NCBI GenBank assembly: GCA_963729965.1
Contig: CAVSPX010000003.1
Span: 15,917 to 79,916, forward strand
DNA from: an uncultured Alphaproteobacteria bacterium
GTDB lineage: Bacteria > Pseudomonadota > Alphaproteobacteria > Rhizobiales > Xanthobacteraceae
Direction: 5' to 3'
DNA: 64,000 bases
The position numbers and the translations under genes are program-made. Shown in pieces: positions 53,520-61,465 of this stretch. Position 1 is the first letter of the stretch, and each line of letters opens with the position of its first letter. Under the pieces are notes generated by a model that saw nothing but the letters and a program-made list of their open reading frames with translations, was not told where the DNA came from and ran no database searches.

Positions 53520-54995
53520 GTGAGAGCCGTGACCAGTCCAGCCAGCAACCTCAACCCCGCCAAGGCCCATTGCTTCGACTATCTCGACCGCAACGCCAGG
53601 GCCATCGCCTGCCTCAACGACAGCATCTTTTATTTCGCCGAACTCGGCATGCAGGAATTCGAGACCGCGAAGCTGATGACGACGCTGCTCGAAGACGCAG
53701 GCTTCAAGGTCGAGCGCGGCATCGCGGGTTTTCCGACCGGCTTCTGCGCCACGTTCGGCTCCGGCCATCCGGTCATCGCCACTCACACCGAATACAACTC
53801 CAATCCAGACAATTCGCAGGCCTCCGGCATCGCCGAGCAGACCGCTATTGTCGAAGGCGCGCCCGGCCATTGCGAAGGCCACAACGTCAACGGCGCGGTG
53901 CTGATCGCAAGCGCACTGGCGGCGAAAGGCGCGATGGAAAAATTCGGGCTGAAAGGCACGCTCAAGGTGTTCGGCGCGCCGGCCGAAGAGCAGCTCGTCA
54001 GCCGTCCCTATTTCGTGCGCGACGGCTGGTTCGATGACGTCGACCTTGCGTTCCACAATCACATCGCCGGCAATTTCGGCGTCGGCTACGGCCTGATCCA
54101 GGCTGCGCTCGTGTCCGCGACGTTTACGTTCCACGGGGAGACTGCGCATGCCGGGGTTGCGCCGTGGCGCGGTCGTGACGCGCTCGACGGCGTCGTGCTG
54201 ATGGATATGGGACTCGCGCAGTACCGCGAGCATATGACGCCGACCATGCGCATGCACCGCGTCATCACCGAGGGCGGCGATCAGCCCAACGTGGTGCCGC
54301 GGCGTGCGTCCGTCTGGTGGTATTTCCGCGACTCCACCGCCGATGGCGCGGACAAATTGTTCGGGCAGGCCAAGCGGATCGCCGAAGGCGCGGCGCTGAT
54401 GTCGAACACCAATGTCGAAATCGACATCATGAGCGCGGTCTGGCCGGTGCGCGGCAATCGCACGCTTGCCGAACTGGTCGAACGCGAGATCGAGACTGTC
54501 GGCCTGCCGAACTGGAGTGAGGACGAAGACGCGCTGGCGCGCGCCGTGCAGGCGAAAGTCGATGTGCCGGTCGAGGGTCTGGCACGGCAATACGCACCTA
54601 TGAAGGGACCCGCGGTGCAGAAAGCCGCTGCCAACGACGCCGGCGACATTTCGTGGAAAGTGCCGATGGTGAAACTGTACTTTCCCGCGACGGTGCCGAA
54701 TATCAGCTTTCACCACTGGGTGGCCGGCGTCCCGCTCGCGACCTCGATCGCCCACAAGGGCGCGGTCGCGGGCGCCAAGGTCATGGCAGCGTCGATCGTG
54801 GAATGCTTCAGCAACCCCGGCGTGGTTGACGAGGCCAAACGCACATTCAAGCAAGAGCTCGGCGGCACCGAGTACCGATCGCTGCTGCCGCCCGGCCAGA
54901 AGCCTCCGGTGACGCTTAACCGCGCCACCATGGAGAAATTCCGGCCGCAGATGGCGGCGCATTATCTGAAAGAGACGCCGAAGTTCGTTGCGTAG
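53520..54995 (+). CDS. M20-family amidohydrolase (AbgB-like)
   Basis: 491 aa. ELGMQEFETAKLM, GFPTGFCA, HCEGHNVNG, HGETAHAGVAPWRGRDALD, ISFHHW. Confidence 0.8.
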   Translation: MRAVTSPASNLNPAKAHCFDYLDRNARAIACLNDSIFYFAELGMQEFETAKLMTTLLEDAGFKVERGIAGFPTGFCATFGSGHPVIATHTEYNSNPDNSQASGIAEQTAIVEGAPGHCEGHNVNGAVLIASALAAKGAMEKFGLKGTLKVFGAPAEEQLVSRPYFVRDGWFDDVDLAFHNHIAGNFGVGYGLIQAALVSATFTFHGETAHAGVAPWRGRDALDGVVLMDMGLAQYREHMTPTMRMHRVITEGGDQPNVVPRRASVWWYFRDSTADGADKLFGQAKRIAEGAALMSNTNVEIDIMSAVWPVRGNRTLAELVEREIETVGLPNWSEDEDALARAVQAKVDVPVEGLARQYAPMKGPAVQKAAANDAGDISWKVPMVKLYFPATVPNISFHHWVAGVPLATSIAHKGAVAGAKVMAASIVECFSNPGVVDEAKRTFKQELGGTEYRSLLPPGQKPPVTLNRATMEKFRPQMAAHYLKETPKFVA

Positions 54996-55066
54996 CGCGG
55001 GCGTGCGAGTGGCGAATAACAGCGTTATTTGTTTCTGCTCGCTACTCGCCATTTTCCGGGCTGCAA

Positions 55067-56137
55067 TCAGTTCTCGGCAATCGAGTCCTTGAGGATCTGC
55101 TTGACCTTGGGATCGACGTTGCGGATGCGATCAAAAATCTGCTCGACGACCGGTGCGCCGAGAATGTCGGGAGCCTCGCCGGTGATTTTCTTGTAACCAG
55201 CGATGAAATCCGGGTCGGCCGCGACCGCGAGGAACGCCTTGCGCAGCGCCGCCACGGCTTCCGGCGGCGAGCCCTTGGGCAGGAACATGCCGCGCTGCAT
55301 CTTGGTGGCGATGTCATTGGTCAAGAGCAGCGCCTGGTATTTGGCGCCCGACGGCGCTTTGCCGAAGGCGTCTTGATAGAACCGGTCGAACACCGGCAGG
55401 CCGCGTTTTACCAATTCGGGATTCCCCGCGGGCTTGCCGTCGGGCCCGACAATCGAAAACTGAAACAGCGGAACGCCGATGCCAGGCGTGATGATCTGCG
55501 GAATGACCACGGTCTGATAGCCCGGCAGCGAACTAGAGGTGAAATTGACCTCGCTCTGGATCATCGCCTTGTTGAGCTGCGCGGTCGAGGCGAACCCGGT
55601 CACCATCTTGTAGGGCAGGTTCATCACTTCGAGCACGAGCCGCAGCCGCGTGTCCTGCGACGAGGCGCGGCTATAGCCGCCGGCATAGACGGTGCGCGCC
55701 CGGGTCAGATCCGAAGGCTTGGTGTAGCCGCCAGGAACGATGTCCTTGCGCGCATAGACGACGTTCCAGCCGCGCGCGGCGGCGATCGGGATCAGATCGT
55801 CCATTTTGATCTTGAGCACGGGGTCGTCGGTAATCAGGACGGTCGCGCTCATGGTGAAATAACCGACCGTCAAGCCGTCCGGCTGCGAACCGATGTTGAG
55901 ACCGAGCTGATTCATGGCGGATACGCCGCCGGCGCCCGGCAGATTGCGGATGATGACGGTCGGATGGCCGGGAATGTATTTGCCGAGATACTGCTGGTAG
56001 ACGCGGGCCTCGGTATCGGCATTGCCGCCAGCGCCGTAATTGACAAGCATCGTCAGCGTCTTGTCCTTGTAGAACTGCGCCAGCGCCGGCCCCGCGGGCA
56101 ACGCCAGTGCAGCGATGAGAAGAAGCCGCAGCAACAT
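55067..56137 (-). CDS. periplasmic solute-binding protein (TctC/Bug-like), orphan
   Basis: Signal peptide MLLRLLLIAALALPAGPALA, then LTMLVNYGAGGNADTEARV, reminiscent of the Bug-family GG..D motif. No adjacent membrane components. Confidence 0.55.
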   Translation of the reverse strand: MLLRLLLIAALALPAGPALAQFYKDKTLTMLVNYGAGGNADTEARVYQQYLGKYIPGHPTVIIRNLPGAGGVSAMNQLGLNIGSQPDGLTVGYFTMSATVLITDDPVLKIKMDDLIPIAAARGWNVVYARKDIVPGGYTKPSDLTRARTVYAGGYSRASSQDTRLRLVLEVMNLPYKMVTGFASTAQLNKAMIQSEVNFTSSSLPGYQTVVIPQIITPGIGVPLFQFSIVGPDGKPAGNPELVKRGLPVFDRFYQDAFGKAPSGAKYQALLLTNDIATKMQRGMFLPKGSPPEAVAALRKAFLAVAADPDFIAGYKKITGEAPDILGAPVVEQIFDRIRNVDPKVKQILKDSIAEN

Positions 56138-56349
56138 TGTTTCGCCCTTGCCTGTTCGTTCTGTCGGGCGCGAGTTTCGCCGACTGTGCCGGCTGAACCT
56201 CCTCCCCTGTTTGGCCGACTATACCAGAAGCAGCGACATCGCGAAGATGAGCGCGCGGCGCCGGCACGGCGCCGGCGAAGGGCGTTTTGCGGCTCCGGGT
56301 GCCGTGTGACACCCTGCGGATGGGAACATTTGGCTCGGGCGACGGTCTA

Positions 56350-56907
56350 ATGGACAGTAGGGACAGTTCCGAGCGGACACTTCTTTTACAACTGGCGCGC
56401 GGTGACGCAGTGGCCTGGGGGCAGGTCTTCGGCGCCTATCGCGACCGGATTTACGGATTTTGCTTGCGAATGATGCGCAATCGGGAAGAAGCCGAGGATG
56501 CGAGCCAAGAGGTGTTTTTGCGCGCCGTCCGCGCGATCGGAACGTTTCGCGGCGAAGCATCGCTCAATACCTGGCTGCACCAGATCGCGCGGAACGCCTG
56601 TGTGACTCGTCTCGCAGCCTCAAGGAAAAGTCTCGAAGACGCGGCCGATCGCAGCTGGATGGCTGATCTCGCCAGCGACGAGCCGGGTGCCGACCGCTCA
56701 TCGGCCAGCGCCCAGCTGCGCGATGCCCTCGAACTCGCCATCGGCGAACTCGAACCGGTATTTCGCGAAGTGATTTTGCTGCGCGAGATTGAAAATCAAT
56801 CCTACGAGGACATCGCACGGATCACCGAAACTTCGGTGGCCACGGTCAAAACGCGCATCCATCGCGCCCGCGAGAAGCTCAAAGTCCGCTTGGCGGAGTT
56901 TCGCTGA
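56350..56907 (+). CDS. ECF (group 4) RNA polymerase sigma factor
   Basis: Region 2 IYGFCLRMMRNREEAEDASQEVFLRAVRAI..F and region 4 SYEDIARITETSVATVKTRIHRAREKL. Start could also be 56320. Confidence 0.9.
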   Translation: MDSRDSSERTLLLQLARGDAVAWGQVFGAYRDRIYGFCLRMMRNREEAEDASQEVFLRAVRAIGTFRGEASLNTWLHQIARNACVTRLAASRKSLEDAADRSWMADLASDEPGADRSSASAQLRDALELAIGELEPVFREVILLREIENQSYEDIARITETSVATVKTRIHRAREKLKVRLAEFR

Positions 56908-57665
56908 TGCGGTGCGAAGACCTGCACCCCGATCTGTCGGCCTGGATCGATGGCGAGTTGGCCGCCGACGATCGCGCCCGCATCGCCGCACATTTGCAGA
57001 CCTGCCCGGCATGCGCCGACTACGTGCGCGCCTTGCAGGACGTGTCGTCGCTGGTGCGAACGCTGCCGTCACCGCGCGCGCCGGTCTCCGTCACGCAGAC
57101 GGTGATGCATCAACTGACAGCCATGCAACGGCAAGCGGCCGCGCCACGGTTGCGCCTGAGACTTTCGCTCGCATGGCCATTTCCGGCGCTCGGCGTTGGC
57201 ATCGTGGGATTGGCCGCCGCCGTCGCGCTTGTGGTGTTCGTCGGACGGCTGGAATGGAAAAACCCAAGCCAAGGCCGCGATTCAGTTCAGGACGGCGCGA
57301 CCAGCGCCGCAACTCCACTGCCCAACGGCGCCGGCTACCATTTGTCCTCGGCGCCTGACAGCATCACCGGCTCCATCTCGATAACGCCGGGCTACGATTT
57401 CCGCGGTGGCCAAAACCGCCGCGACATCGGCACGTTCAATGCGCGCGAGCGCTACGCGTGGGATCACGGGGTTTGGCGTCACGAGCGCCGGTTTGACCGC
57501 GACGGCTGGTGGTGGGAGGTCGACGGCGCCTGGTACTGGTACGACAGTCACGGCAACGGGCCTCCCCCAGTTGTGTCGGATATCCGTTTTGCGGCCGATG
57601 CCGCGGCGTCAGGCTCTGGGCCGCAACCAGCGACCAATGATGCTCAGCCGCCGCAACCGCGCTAA
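56907..57665 (+). CDS. zf-HC2 anti-sigma factor, single TM, Trp-rich periplasmic tail
   Basis: Start overlaps the sigma stop (TGATG). H-x3-C-x2-C in HLQTCPACADYV. TM helix LAWPFPALGVGIVGLAAAVALVVFV. C-terminal WDHGVWRHERRFDRDGWWWEVDGAWYWYD. Confidence 0.8.
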   Translation: MRCEDLHPDLSAWIDGELAADDRARIAAHLQTCPACADYVRALQDVSSLVRTLPSPRAPVSVTQTVMHQLTAMQRQAAAPRLRLRLSLAWPFPALGVGIVGLAAAVALVVFVGRLEWKNPSQGRDSVQDGATSAATPLPNGAGYHLSSAPDSITGSISITPGYDFRGGQNRRDIGTFNARERYAWDHGVWRHERRFDRDGWWWEVDGAWYWYDSHGNGPPPVVSDIRFAADAAASGSGPQPATNDAQPPQPR

Positions 57666-57708
57666 CCGGGCGGAGCATCTGCCAGGACCGAATTCGGCAA
57701 GAAGACGG

Positions 57709-57734
57709 GGAACATTTCGCGCCAGCGACAGTCT
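57709..57734 (+). promoter_or_regulatory. candidate ECF-type promoter GGAAC-17 nt-GTCT upstream of the SGNH gene
   Basis: GGAAC at 57709-57713 and GTCT at 57731-57734, about 140 nt upstream of the ATG at 57872. A similar GAAC-18 nt-GACT sits at 56195-56220 upstream of the sigma gene. Confidence 0.3.
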
Positions 57735-57871
57735 CAATCAGGGGAAGGCGTGGGCTCAAGACAGACTAAATTCCCAGCTCGTGCATGTTTTTGCTTCGGC
57801 CGGACATCCACCCCCGCGATGGACAGCGGTGTTGCAATGTCGCTATCCTCTAAGAAACAGGGAGAACCGCG

Positions 57872-60028
57872 ATGCGGTGCCGTTGGTTTGTAGCGACGTT
57901 TTTGTTCGTCACGGCTCAGCTGTTTTTCGGAATTCCCAAGAGCCACGCCGCCGACCTTCAATGGGAGGTCGAGAATCCCTATCGGTTTTTCAAGCGCGAA
58001 GCCTCGTTCCAGGCGCAGGAAAAGGCGTTCGACGCGGTGCGCGGCGCTGCCAGTCAGCCGTTGCCCAGTAACATTATGTGGCGAGTCGAGCGCCACCTGA
58101 ACGATCCAGAGTGCAAAAACCACGCGACGCCGACGTCCTGCCTCGACACGGCGGGAAAATATTTCGAGCAAAGCCGCCTCGGCTGGGCGTCGCGCACGCT
58201 CGATCTGACCTGCTTTGACCGCAACGTACGGCCCCGCCGTTATCTGAAAACCTGTGACCGGCAATATTCCTGGGGCACCGCCAAGGAGGACTATATCCTG
58301 CCGGACGCCCACACCGTCGACGTGTTTCTTTCGCCGCAGCAGCTCGCGGCCGCCGGCGAGGGCGATTGCGAGTGGAGCTGGCAGGCGCGCCGGGCCAATT
58401 CACCGGTGGAGACGCGCAAGCAGCCGTGCAAGGCGCGGCTCGTCATCAAACGCGTGCCGTATTCGCTGGACCGCAATTTGTCCGGCGTGTCGGTCAAGGT
58501 CAAACTGCCGAACGGCACCGAACTGGCCGATTCCAGCGTCATCGTCGACGATCTTCTGGTAGTTGCGCTGGGCGACAGCTTTGCGTCCGGCGAAAGCAAT
58601 CCGGACCGCCCGGTGACCTTCAGCGCCAGCCGGCAGATGGTCTACGACCCCGTTAATCTGCAGGCCAACCAGAATCTCGCCAGTCGCGGCAACGCCGATT
58701 ACCACGTTGCTTCGGCGGAAGATCAGTTCAATCCCAAGGCCTTGCCAAAGCGTCTCATGGCCGACGAGATGAAGGACTTGGTCTATGACCCGAACACGCC
58801 GGAATTTCTCGACGCGTTCGAGAAGGCGCGGGCGCAGTGGCTCAGCCCGGATTGCCACCGCTCGCAATACGGCTACCCGTTCCGCGTCAGCATGGGTCTC
58901 GCGCTCGAAGACCGGCACCGCGCCGTCACTTTCGTGAGCCTGGCCTGCTCCGGCGCCGACATTGTCGAAGGGCTGTTCACGCCCAGCGACGCGCGCGATG
59001 AAATGTCTTTGCCCAACGGCCAGAAGAAGACGCCGGCGCAGCTCGATCAGCTGGCGAGCTTGATCTGCCGCAGCGACAGCGAGCGTACCCATGCGGTGAA
59101 CTACCGGCTGCCGGACTATTCGGCGGGCAGCACTTCGATCAGCGAGCGCACCGTCACGATGCGGTGGTGCCCGCCGCAGGACCGCAAGCGTCCGATCGAT
59201 GTCGTGTTGCTATCGGTCGGCGGCAACGATGTCGGCTTCGGCGCGCTGGTCGCTTATGCCATCACATCGAGCGCTTCGGATATCGCGCCGGTCGCCGGCC
59301 TGATCGGCCATGAGATCCGCTACTCGCCGAGCGTATCGGAGGCCTATCTGCGTGTGCTTGATCGGCGCATGGAAGCAGTCAAGGATGCGCTGCGCGACGG
59401 CTTCGGGGTCGATCCGTCGCGGGTGCTGCAGAACGCTTACGAGCCGATTCAGTTCGACGAAACCGGCAATGTCTGCGGCAATATCCCGACGCTCGGTCTC
59501 GATGTCTATCCCAAGTTCAAATACGACCGCGCACGGGTGCAGGCCGTCTCGCACTTTGTCGCCGAATTGCAGACTCGGCAGGCGTGCATCGACGACGCCA
59601 GCAAGCCCGGTTGCCCGGCGGGGCTGGCCACCGGACGCGGCACCGGCTTCGAATTCATCACCGACCACACCGCCGAATTTCTGCATCGCGGCGTGTGCGC
59701 GCGCGATCCGCGCGCGGCGATGAGCGACCAGATCAATATGGGCATGCCGCGAATGTCGGCCGCGACGCAGGATTTTGTTCCTTATTCGCCCGCAGGGGCT
59801 GCGCCCTACGCGCATCACTGGCGCCTGGTCCGCGATCCGAACGATTCTTTCCTCACCGCCAATACGCACAAGGAAGGCATCTCGCCGTTCGACGACCTGC
59901 AGCCGCCCTACGCGGCGTTGATCAGCGGCGCCTTCCATCCGACGGCGGAAGGGCACGCCATTGTTGCAGACCACGTGCTGCGCCACGTCAACGAGTTGCT
60001 GGCAAAACACAAGCTGGCGCGCAACTGA
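57872..60028 (+). CDS. large secreted SGNH/GDSL-type hydrolase-like protein with Cys-rich N-terminal domain
   Basis: Signal peptide ...GIPKSHAADL. Block I VVALGDSFASGES, block II LACSGA, block III LLSVGGNDVGFG, block V SGAFHPTAEGHAIVA. Confidence 0.7.
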   Translation: MRCRWFVATFLFVTAQLFFGIPKSHAADLQWEVENPYRFFKREASFQAQEKAFDAVRGAASQPLPSNIMWRVERHLNDPECKNHATPTSCLDTAGKYFEQSRLGWASRTLDLTCFDRNVRPRRYLKTCDRQYSWGTAKEDYILPDAHTVDVFLSPQQLAAAGEGDCEWSWQARRANSPVETRKQPCKARLVIKRVPYSLDRNLSGVSVKVKLPNGTELADSSVIVDDLLVVALGDSFASGESNPDRPVTFSASRQMVYDPVNLQANQNLASRGNADYHVASAEDQFNPKALPKRLMADEMKDLVYDPNTPEFLDAFEKARAQWLSPDCHRSQYGYPFRVSMGLALEDRHRAVTFVSLACSGADIVEGLFTPSDARDEMSLPNGQKKTPAQLDQLASLICRSDSERTHAVNYRLPDYSAGSTSISERTVTMRWCPPQDRKRPIDVVLLSVGGNDVGFGALVAYAITSSASDIAPVAGLIGHEIRYSPSVSEAYLRVLDRRMEAVKDALRDGFGVDPSRVLQNAYEPIQFDETGNVCGNIPTLGLDVYPKFKYDRARVQAVSHFVAELQTRQACIDDASKPGCPAGLATGRGTGFEFITDHTAEFLHRGVCARDPRAAMSDQINMGMPRMSAATQDFVPYSPAGAAPYAHHWRLVRDPNDSFLTANTHKEGISPFDDLQPPYAALISGAFHPTAEGHAIVADHVLRHVNELLAKHKLARN

Positions 60029-60090
60029 CGGGCCCCGGCGCGAAACAAACCGTGCACGACAGGCAGCGAAATCAGCATCGGCCGGAGGCC

Positions 60091-61371
60091 GGTGACGTAA
60101 GGAGTTCTGTGTCAGGCGAGGAAGGGGGTACTCCAACTGTGGCTGCCAAGCACACAACGGAGCACCCCCCATGTCACAGCGAGCTGCGACGATCACGAGT
60201 TTACCGATGGCGTTTGAGGTCGTGAAGGCAATGGTGGCGGACGGCCTGGAATGGGGCGAGAGTTATCGGCCGCTGGGTCGGCAAGCGCTGGCGCAGATCA
60301 TCGAAGATCAGATGGCCGCGGCGGTCGATCGCCATCTCGACCAGATCGAGGCGGACGACGCTGCCGATCGCCGCAATGGCTACTACCGGCGGCACCTTCT
60401 GACCGAACTCGGCGACATCGAACTCGCCGTTCCCCGAACCCGCCGCTACAGCCCGACCGAGGTTGTTCGCGCCTATGCGCGGCGCACGAGCGAGATCGAT
60501 CGGGTCATCCTCGCCGGCTTTGTGCTCGGCTTGTCGACCCGCAAGGTAGGCGAGACGCTGCTGCCTTTGCTCGGGCGCGCGGTGAGCCCCGCAACGGTGA
60601 GCCAGGTCGCCAAGACGCTCGATGCCGCGGTGGCTGCCTTCCATCGCCGGCCGCTGGCGGACCGCTACAAGGCGCTGATGCTCGACGGCGTCGTGCTCGC
60701 CCGCAAGACCGGCGCCGGCGCTCTGCGCCGGCCGGTGCTGGTGGCTTTGGGGCTGCGCCACGACGGCAAGAAGGAGATCATCGATTTCCGCCTGGCGGCA
60801 AGCGAAAGCGCCGCCGAATGGGAGAAGTTTCTTGCCGATCTTTACCGCCGCGGGCTCACCGGCGAAGGCCTCGACATGATCTGCGTCGATGGCGGCACCG
60901 GCCTGCTCGCAGCCCTGCCCAACGTATTGCCCAACATTGCTGTCCAGCGCTGCTGGGCGCACAAGATCAGGAACGTTCTCAACAAGGCCCGCAAAGCCGA
61001 TCAGCCCAGGATCAAACGGGCCCTGCACAAAATCATCCATGCCGCCAACGCTCCCGCAGCCCGTTCGGCCGCGCGGCGCTTTGCCAAGCGATTCCAACAG
61101 CAATATCCGGCGGCGGTCTCCTGCTTGCGCAATGACCTCGACGAATTGCTCACCTGCTTCCGCTACAAAACCGAAGCCGAGCGACGCGCCGTGCGCACCA
61201 CCAACGCCATCGAGCGTCGCTTTCGCGAAGTCAGACGGAGGACACGGCCAATGGGAACCTTCCAGGACAAAACAAGCATGGACCGCATCCTGTTCGCCGT
61301 CTTTACCCACGAAAATTTGTCACAGGGCGTCAGCGCCCCCTTCCTGCTGACACAGAACAGTTGACGTTACC
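60091..61371 (+). mobile_element. IS256-family insertion sequence (1281 bp) with imperfect terminal IRs of about 38 bp and a 9-bp target-site duplication
   Basis: IRL GGTGACGTAAGGAGTTCTGTGTCAGGCGAGGAAGGGGG. IRR (reverse complement) GGTAACGTCAACTGTTCTGTGTCAGCAGGAAGGGGG. The direct repeat CCGGAGGCC is at 60082-60090 and 61372-61380. Confidence 0.9.
60171..61364 (+). CDS. IS256-family (mutator-type) transposase
   Basis: 397 aa. RRNGYYRR.L.T..G.IEL.VPRTR, ALMLDGVVL, MICVDGGTGL, QRCWAHKIRNVL, RTTNAIERRFREVRRRTRPMG. Confidence 0.95.
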   Translation: MSQRAATITSLPMAFEVVKAMVADGLEWGESYRPLGRQALAQIIEDQMAAAVDRHLDQIEADDAADRRNGYYRRHLLTELGDIELAVPRTRRYSPTEVVRAYARRTSEIDRVILAGFVLGLSTRKVGETLLPLLGRAVSPATVSQVAKTLDAAVAAFHRRPLADRYKALMLDGVVLARKTGAGALRRPVLVALGLRHDGKKEIIDFRLAASESAAEWEKFLADLYRRGLTGEGLDMICVDGGTGLLAALPNVLPNIAVQRCWAHKIRNVLNKARKADQPRIKRALHKIIHAANAPAARSAARRFAKRFQQQYPAAVSCLRNDLDELLTCFRYKTEAERRAVRTTNAIERRFREVRRRTRPMGTFQDKTSMDRILFAVFTHENLSQGVSAPFLLTQNS

Positions 61372-61465
61372 CCGGAGGCCGCCGTGATTGACTCTTGGCC
61401 CGGCAGCCCGTTGAATCCCCACAGAATGGTGAGGTCGGTGAAACGTCCGCTGGGGGCAGGGGGCG

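Noticed and set aside
53424-55052. 542-aa minus-strand ORF antisense to the M20 hydrolase, with similar cases at 46413-47648, 47745-48944, 25841-26485 and 3834-5042
   Set aside because: These are antisense shadow ORFs with no start context, biased composition and a well-supported gene on the opposite strand.
60082-60103. Shorter IS boundaries starting at GTTCTGTGTCAG (60104-61358)
   Set aside because: With those ends no target-site duplication exists. Extending the imperfect IRs to 60091 and 61371 yields a perfect 9-bp direct repeat, which fits IS256-family behaviour.
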